A stretch of 64,000 bases of DNA from Aigarchaeota archaeon. Its GTDB lineage: Archaea; Thermoproteota; Nitrososphaeria_A; Caldarchaeales; Calditenuaceae. Made by a program: the position numbers and the translations under genes. Below are positions 59,561 to 64,000 of the stretch, one piece after another. How positions within the stretch are numbered: the stretch's first letter is position 1; each line of letters starts with the position of its first letter. The stretch spans positions 77,150-141,149 of the forward strand of contig JANXDH010000005.1 of the NCBI GenBank assembly GCA_025059745.1, written 5' to 3'. The notes under the pieces are model-generated. The model did not search any database. It had not been told where the DNA came from and was given only the letters and a program-made list of their open reading frames with translations.

Positions 59561-59707
59561 TTGAGGGTAAGGTGCCACATCTGTAGGGAATTGAGGGGTG
59601 TCGTCAAGTACGAGACCAGGGGAGACCGCGTGCTCGTCGTCTGTGACCGCGGTCACGAGCAGTTCATCAGCGCGAGGGACATGAAAAAGCTTATCACTCG
59701 TGAGTGA
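59561..59707 (+). CDS. Possible small zinc-binding protein (48 aa); not in the ORF track
   Basis: Hand translation: MRVRCHICRELRGVVKYETRGDRVLVVCDRGHEQFISARDMKKLITRE*. CxxC...CxxxH. TTG start 6 nt after GGTGA. The 3' end overlaps the convergent gltX by 14 nt. Confidence 0.35.
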   Translation: MRVRCHICRELRGVVKYETRGDRVLVVCDRGHEQFISARDMKKLITRE

Positions 59708-61412
59708 GGATGAAAGTGTTCTCGTGAGAATCGCGGGTACAGTAGCCGAACCTCTCAAACTGAACAGTATCGTGTTCTCTGAGGTTAGCGACGTAGGGCT
59801 CGGCGAACCCCTCCACCACCCTCAGGCTCTGGTCGTTGAAAGTACCGTCCTTCAGAAAGAGCGGCCCGGGAATCAGGACGCGGACTTTGATGTTGGGCTC
59901 GGAGACCCACTGGACTATTCTGATGCCAGGCTCTGGCCCCTCCATCACACATGACCCGTAGACCGTTGGACCCTCTATCCGGTCGACGATCACGTTACAG
60001 AGGTACTTCAGCCTGAACTTGGTGCCCGCCTCGAAAGAGCTCGCATCATCGCCTGGGATATAGAACCTCTCACCTAATTGGACGTGGCGTTCGCCCAACC
60101 TCTCCATCGGGTGTAGAGGTATGGAGATCCCTCTAACCTCAAAGTTTCTAATCACTAAGGTTACCGGGTTGGGGACGAAGAACAGTCTGGGAGTCATAGG
60201 ATCGAGGACCCTCCTGTTTACTGCGTTCAAAAGGTCCCACGAAAACTCCTTCTTAGCCTCGGTAAAGGCCACGTACCTCCTCACGAACTCTTTGATAGCC
60301 TCGGGCCTTATGCCCCTCCTCTTGAGGGCCGATACAGTGACGAGACGTACGTCGTCCCACCCGCTTATCACGCGCCTCTCTATTAGGTCCCTAATCTCTC
60401 TCTTTGCAACGGGGACGCCCTCGAACTCAAACCTCGCGTACTCGATAAAGAGTGGGTTCCTCAGACCCAACCGTCTCCTTATCTCGTTCTGTAACTCGTC
60501 TCGCAGCCTGAACTCTGAGGTCCTCAGTACGTGGGTAACCCCGCATATCCCGTCCTCGACGCTGACCGCGAAATCGTAGGTGGGCCACACCCTGTACCTG
60601 TCACCGGTAATCGGGTGATCGCTCTCGATGACCCTGAAGAGTACGGGGTCTCTCAGCGCGGTGTTCTGAGAGGAGACGTCACCCTTGAACCTGATCGTGG
60701 CCTCTCCCTCACCTATCCTGTTCTCCAACATCCCGTCCCATACCTCAAGGTTCAGGGAGACATCGAGACTCCTGTGAACACAGGGGATACCCCTCGCCCT
60801 CATCGCCCTCATCGTCGGTTGATCGCAGCTGCACGCGTAGGCTTCCCCGCTCTCCAACAACCTCTTGCAATATGCGTAAAAGACCTCCATGTCGTCGCTG
60901 TTGTTCTTCTCGCGGTCCCACTCTATCCCCAGCCATCTGTAACCCTCTCGGAAGTTCTCGTAGTACTCCAGTTTGGCCTTCCTGGGATCCGTATCCTCAA
61001 ACCTCAGCCACAGCTCTCCTCTATACCGTTCCTTGTAGAGGTAGTTTACTAGACCGCTCATGGCGTGACCTATATGCATGAAACCGCTCGGCTCGGGAGG
61101 CAGGCGTGTCACTACCGCACCCTCCACGGCCCCGGGGAGAGGCGGAAGGTCCCTCTTCTCCTCCCTCCTCCTCTCTATGAGGGTGGGGTCTATCTCCGTA
61201 AGTGCGTTGACGATCTCATCATAGGGGAGCGCGTTGACCATCTCGACCACCCTCTGGGCAACCTCCATGAGCCTCTTTATGTCGTCCTTGGCTTCCCTGT
61301 TCTCTGAGATCACCTTAGAGATGACCGGGCCTGTCTGGGCCTTACCGTCGTAGTCGTACGCGTTCTTCAGCGCCCACTTGTAACATAGCCTCAAGAGTAA
61401 CTGATCCTCCAA
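59694..61412 (-). CDS. gltX: Glutamyl-tRNA synthetase (archaeal/eukaryal type)
   Basis: HIGH motif in PSGFMHIGHA, and RFEDTDP. 572 aa with an N-terminal helical extension. Confidence 0.9.
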   Translation of the reverse strand: MEDQLLLRLCYKWALKNAYDYDGKAQTGPVISKVISENREAKDDIKRLMEVAQRVVEMVNALPYDEIVNALTEIDPTLIERRREEKRDLPPLPGAVEGAVVTRLPPEPSGFMHIGHAMSGLVNYLYKERYRGELWLRFEDTDPRKAKLEYYENFREGYRWLGIEWDREKNNSDDMEVFYAYCKRLLESGEAYACSCDQPTMRAMRARGIPCVHRSLDVSLNLEVWDGMLENRIGEGEATIRFKGDVSSQNTALRDPVLFRVIESDHPITGDRYRVWPTYDFAVSVEDGICGVTHVLRTSEFRLRDELQNEIRRRLGLRNPLFIEYARFEFEGVPVAKREIRDLIERRVISGWDDVRLVTVSALKRRGIRPEAIKEFVRRYVAFTEAKKEFSWDLLNAVNRRVLDPMTPRLFFVPNPVTLVIRNFEVRGISIPLHPMERLGERHVQLGERFYIPGDDASSFEAGTKFRLKYLCNVIVDRIEGPTVYGSCVMEGPEPGIRIVQWVSEPNIKVRVLIPGPLFLKDGTFNDQSLRVVEGFAEPYVANLREHDTVQFERFGYCTRDSHENTFILTHE

Positions 61413-61456
61413 CTCCCAATATAGTCGATTGCATCAGATAAAAAAGGTGTAGCTTT

Positions 61457-62668
61457 TCAGCCCCTCGCCGTCGTGGAGACTATCTTGACGACGTCCCTGT
61501 CCTTGAGTTTGTAATCCGCGGGTAGCCTGACCCCCGTCCTCGCATCTATGGCATATAGCAAACCCTTGGCTAGGTCCTTGTGGATCCTCTCAGCGAGGTC
61601 CTTGACCGCCGCATCTGACGGCAGGAGGTAAGCATCGGGCAGTACGTTCCCCTTGCTATCCGTGTACTTGTGGAGGTCATAGACGGGGTAAACCACGTTC
61701 ATGCGGAGGAGTTTGAAGACCGCGAAGTTTATGGCGAACTGGACACCGGTACGCATGTACTTCCTCAGTATCCTCTCGTTCACCATCTCGAGCGCCCACT
61801 TCTGCTTGTCACTCAAGATGGAGTCGCTGGTTATCCTGAACTTCTCTTCCCCCGGTATGTAACCGATCAGCCCCCTCTGCTCGGCCCTCCTCAGTATCAG
61901 CTCGGCCTCCGCGCTACACGGTATGACCACCTTGTCAGCGAACCTCTCCACCAGCTGGTTATAGTACTTCTCGGAGGTCTCGATGTCCATTTTGTTAGCC
62001 ACTATGAGCGTCGGTTTCGAGACGTCCCTCAGCTTAGTGACGAACTTCCTGTCGTCCAGCATGGTCCAGTTCTCGAAGTCCTTCTTGTTGAGTCCGGTCT
62101 CGTTCAGCGCTGTCATCACGTGTTGCTCGTTTATTCTCATACCCGCGAATACCTCGGTTATCGAGGAGGTCAGGTCTTTTCCAGACTTGATGTTCTTCTC
62201 TATCCTCTCGTCGTTCCTCTCAAGTATCTTCAGGAGCCAGATGGTGAGTTCCTCCTCGATATCGTATACGTCCGCTATCGGGTTGCCGCTACCCGGTTCG
62301 GTGAGCCTCCCCTCCTCATCGACGCTACCCGAGGCATCGACGACGTGGAGCAGCGCATCAGACTGCGCGGCGACCGATAGGAACTGATTACCGAGCCCCT
62401 TCCCCGCCCAGGCGCCCTTGATCAGACCCGGCAGGTCTATCAGCTCTATCTGTAGGTGCCTCCACCCATCTTTACACGAGGTCCCTCTCCTGTTACACGA
62501 CACGTTGAGCTCGACATCAACACACGGGGTTACCGCGAAAGTCGTCCCGAAGTTCGGCTGTTTCGTAGTGAAGGGGTACGTGGAGACCTCCGCGCTCTGG
62601 AGCGTGGCCGCGTTGAAGAAAGTGGTCTTCCCGGTGTTGGTCTTGCCTATAAGTCCCAGCCTCACCAT
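61457..62668 (-). CDS. Obg/YchF-related GTPase (Ygr210-like subfamily) with C-terminal TGS domain
   Basis: G1 GKTNTGKTTFFNA, G3 DLPGL, G4 NKMD. C-terminal TGS-like LKDRDVVKIV. Confidence 0.75.
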   Translation of the reverse strand: MVRLGLIGKTNTGKTTFFNAATLQSAEVSTYPFTTKQPNFGTTFAVTPCVDVELNVSCNRRGTSCKDGWRHLQIELIDLPGLIKGAWAGKGLGNQFLSVAAQSDALLHVVDASGSVDEEGRLTEPGSGNPIADVYDIEEELTIWLLKILERNDERIEKNIKSGKDLTSSITEVFAGMRINEQHVMTALNETGLNKKDFENWTMLDDRKFVTKLRDVSKPTLIVANKMDIETSEKYYNQLVERFADKVVIPCSAEAELILRRAEQRGLIGYIPGEEKFRITSDSILSDKQKWALEMVNERILRKYMRTGVQFAINFAVFKLLRMNVVYPVYDLHKYTDSKGNVLPDAYLLPSDAAVKDLAERIHKDLAKGLLYAIDARTGVRLPADYKLKDRDVVKIVSTTARG

Positions 62669-62731
62669 CCCTTTGACCTCCTAACTGTAGAGTGAGGGGT
62701 GGTAGGATAAAAAAGTAATATACGGTTCGGG

Positions 62732-64000
62732 TCAGGAGCGCGCTGGTCTTATCACGGACTCGTTCCTCATATAGGGTCTGAGAGCCTCCGGGACCTCTAT
62801 TGAGCCGTCGCGTAGCTGATAGTTCTCGAGGATAGCCACTATGGTCCTCTCGGTCGCGATTGCGGTGCTGTTGAGGGTGTGTACGTAGTGCGTCTCCTCG
62901 TCGTGGGGCTCCTCCCTATACCTTATGTTTAGGCGCATCGCCTGATAGTCGAGGCAGTTACTGCACGACACGATCTCCTTGTACGCCCTCATAGCTGGCA
63001 TCCAGACCTCGATGTCGTACTTCTTTGCAGCGACCGGTCCCAGATCCCCAACGCATATATTCACCACCCTATACGGCAATCCCAGCGACCGGTAGATCTC
63101 CTCAGCATTCTGGAGGAGGAACTCGTGCTCGTCCCATGACTGACTCGGCTTACAGAAGATGAACTGCTCCACCTTCTCGAACTGATGCACCCTGAAGATC
63201 CCCTTCGTGTCCTTGCCGTGCGCACCGGCCTCCCTCCTGAAGCACGGACTGACCCCTGCATATCTCAACGGTAACATCCTACCGTCTAATATCTCGTCAG
63301 CGTGTAGTCCAGCCAAGGGGTGCTCTGCGGTGCCTATCAGGTAGAGCTCCTCGTCCTCGATCTTATAGATCATTTCCTTGAAGTCCGCGAAAGCCATTAC
63401 GCTCTCCATCACCTCCCTCCTCAACATGTAGGGCGGTTGGACCAGCCTGAACCCTTTCCTCGAGAGGAAGTCGAGCGCGTAATTTATCAACGCATAGTTT
63501 AGCAGAACTATCTTGTCATAAAGGTAATAAAACCTAGCGCCGCTGACCTTGGCGGCCCGTTCTATATCTGCACCGCCTATGATCTTTAGGAGATCTACGT
63601 GGTCTCTTACGAACTCTGCCGCTCTTGACTCTCCCCAGACTCTCAGCACTACATTCTCATCAGCGGTCTCACCGTCGGGCACAGACTCGTGGGGGACCGT
63701 GGGGAGTGAGATGAGCGTTTTGTAGAGTTCATTTTCCACGGACTTGAGTCCAATCTCTAACTCGTTGATCCTTATGTTTATCGTCTCCATCTCCCTTATC
63801 AAATGACTCACATCTCCTCCGCTCTTCTTCACTCGACCGACCTCCTCGGCCTTAACGTTCCTCAAGTGACGTAGCTCCTGGATGCTGGTGATCAGTCTCC
63901 TCCTCATCGCGTCGAGCTCTATGCACTTGTCTATCAGTGAGGGTGGAAGTTTCCTCCTCTCTAGCCCCCTCTTGAAGTACTCGGGAGACTCTCTTATCTG
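62732..64000 (-). CDS. serS: Seryl-tRNA synthetase (5' end runs past the window edge)
   Basis: Class II core (FRREAG..., TLNSTAIATERT). The frame stays open upstream of the listed ATG to position 64000 (QIRESPEYFKRGLERRKLPPSLIDKCIELDA-MRRR), matching the SerS N-terminal coiled-coil arm. Confidence 0.9.
   Translation of the reverse strand, partial: QIRESPEYFKRGLERRKLPPSLIDKCIELDAMRRRLITSIQELRHLRNVKAEEVGRVKKSGGDVSHLIREMETINIRINELEIGLKSVENELYKTLISLPTVPHESVPDGETADENVVLRVWGESRAAEFVRDHVDLLKIIGGADIERAAKVSGARFYYLYDKIVLLNYALINYALDFLSRKGFRLVQPPYMLRREVMESVMAFADFKEMIYKIEDEELYLIGTAEHPLAGLHADEILDGRMLPLRYAGVSPCFRREAGAHGKDTKGIFRVHQFEKVEQFIFCKPSQSWDEHEFLLQNAEEIYRSLGLPYRVVNICVGDLGPVAAKKYDIEVWMPAMRAYKEIVSCSNCLDYQAMRLNIRYREEPHDEETHYVHTLNSTAIATERTIVAILENYQLRDGSIEVPEALRPYMRNESVIRPARS

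Overview
Dense, mostly housekeeping segment of an archaeal chromosome. Evidence for archaeal origin: a Sulfolobus-type OB-fold SSB with an RGG tail, Alba, archaeal pantoate kinase and phosphopantothenate synthetase, a LysW carrier-protein pathway, an intron-containing tRNA, and an initiator tRNA with A1:U72. G+C-rich rRNA/tRNA helices and E/R/K/V/I-rich proteins suggest a thermophile. The gene set (cytochrome b plus Rieske, photolyase, carotenoid genes, protoglobin) suggests an aerobic, light-exposed lifestyle. All calls come from reading the sequence and recalling family motifs; no searches were run.

Main content:
- RNA genes: four tRNAs, namely Cys-GCA, Ala-CGC, His-GTG (19-nt intron, encoded G-1) and initiator Met. 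There is a stand-alone 23S rRNA on the minus strand with its own processing stem and no 16S or 5S beside it. A roughly 320-nt RNase P RNA sits on the minus strand where the ORF track shows only spurious ORFs.
- Photoprotection cluster: class II photolyase, UbiA prenyltransferase, crtB and crtI.
- Complete LysW-dependent lysine/arginine cluster: argX-lysY-lysZ | lysW-lysX-lysJ-lysK. It includes a 57-aa lysW with a TTG start that is missing from the ORF track. argH, a RAM-domain homocitrate synthase and a stand-alone RAM protein lie nearby.
- Archaeal CoA genes: pantoate kinase, phosphopantothenate synthetase and panB.
- Other housekeeping genes: pdxS/pdxT, leuS, gltX, serS (runs off the window), trxB, nfi, rpiA, thiL, tmk and gcvH. 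There are also two ABC importers and a stomatin/NfeD pair.

Less ordinary items:
- a protoglobin gene;
- a 1062-aa SF2 helicase with a long uncharacterised C-terminal region;
- an NAD-kinase-like protein fused to a winged-helix domain;
- an ABC ATPase with an extra C-terminal domain;
- a type IV pilin-like gene interrupted by an in-frame TAG;
- two small chromatin-type proteins side by side (histone-fold-like and Alba).

I found no CRISPR array, no IS element or integrase, and no clear multi-gene defence island.
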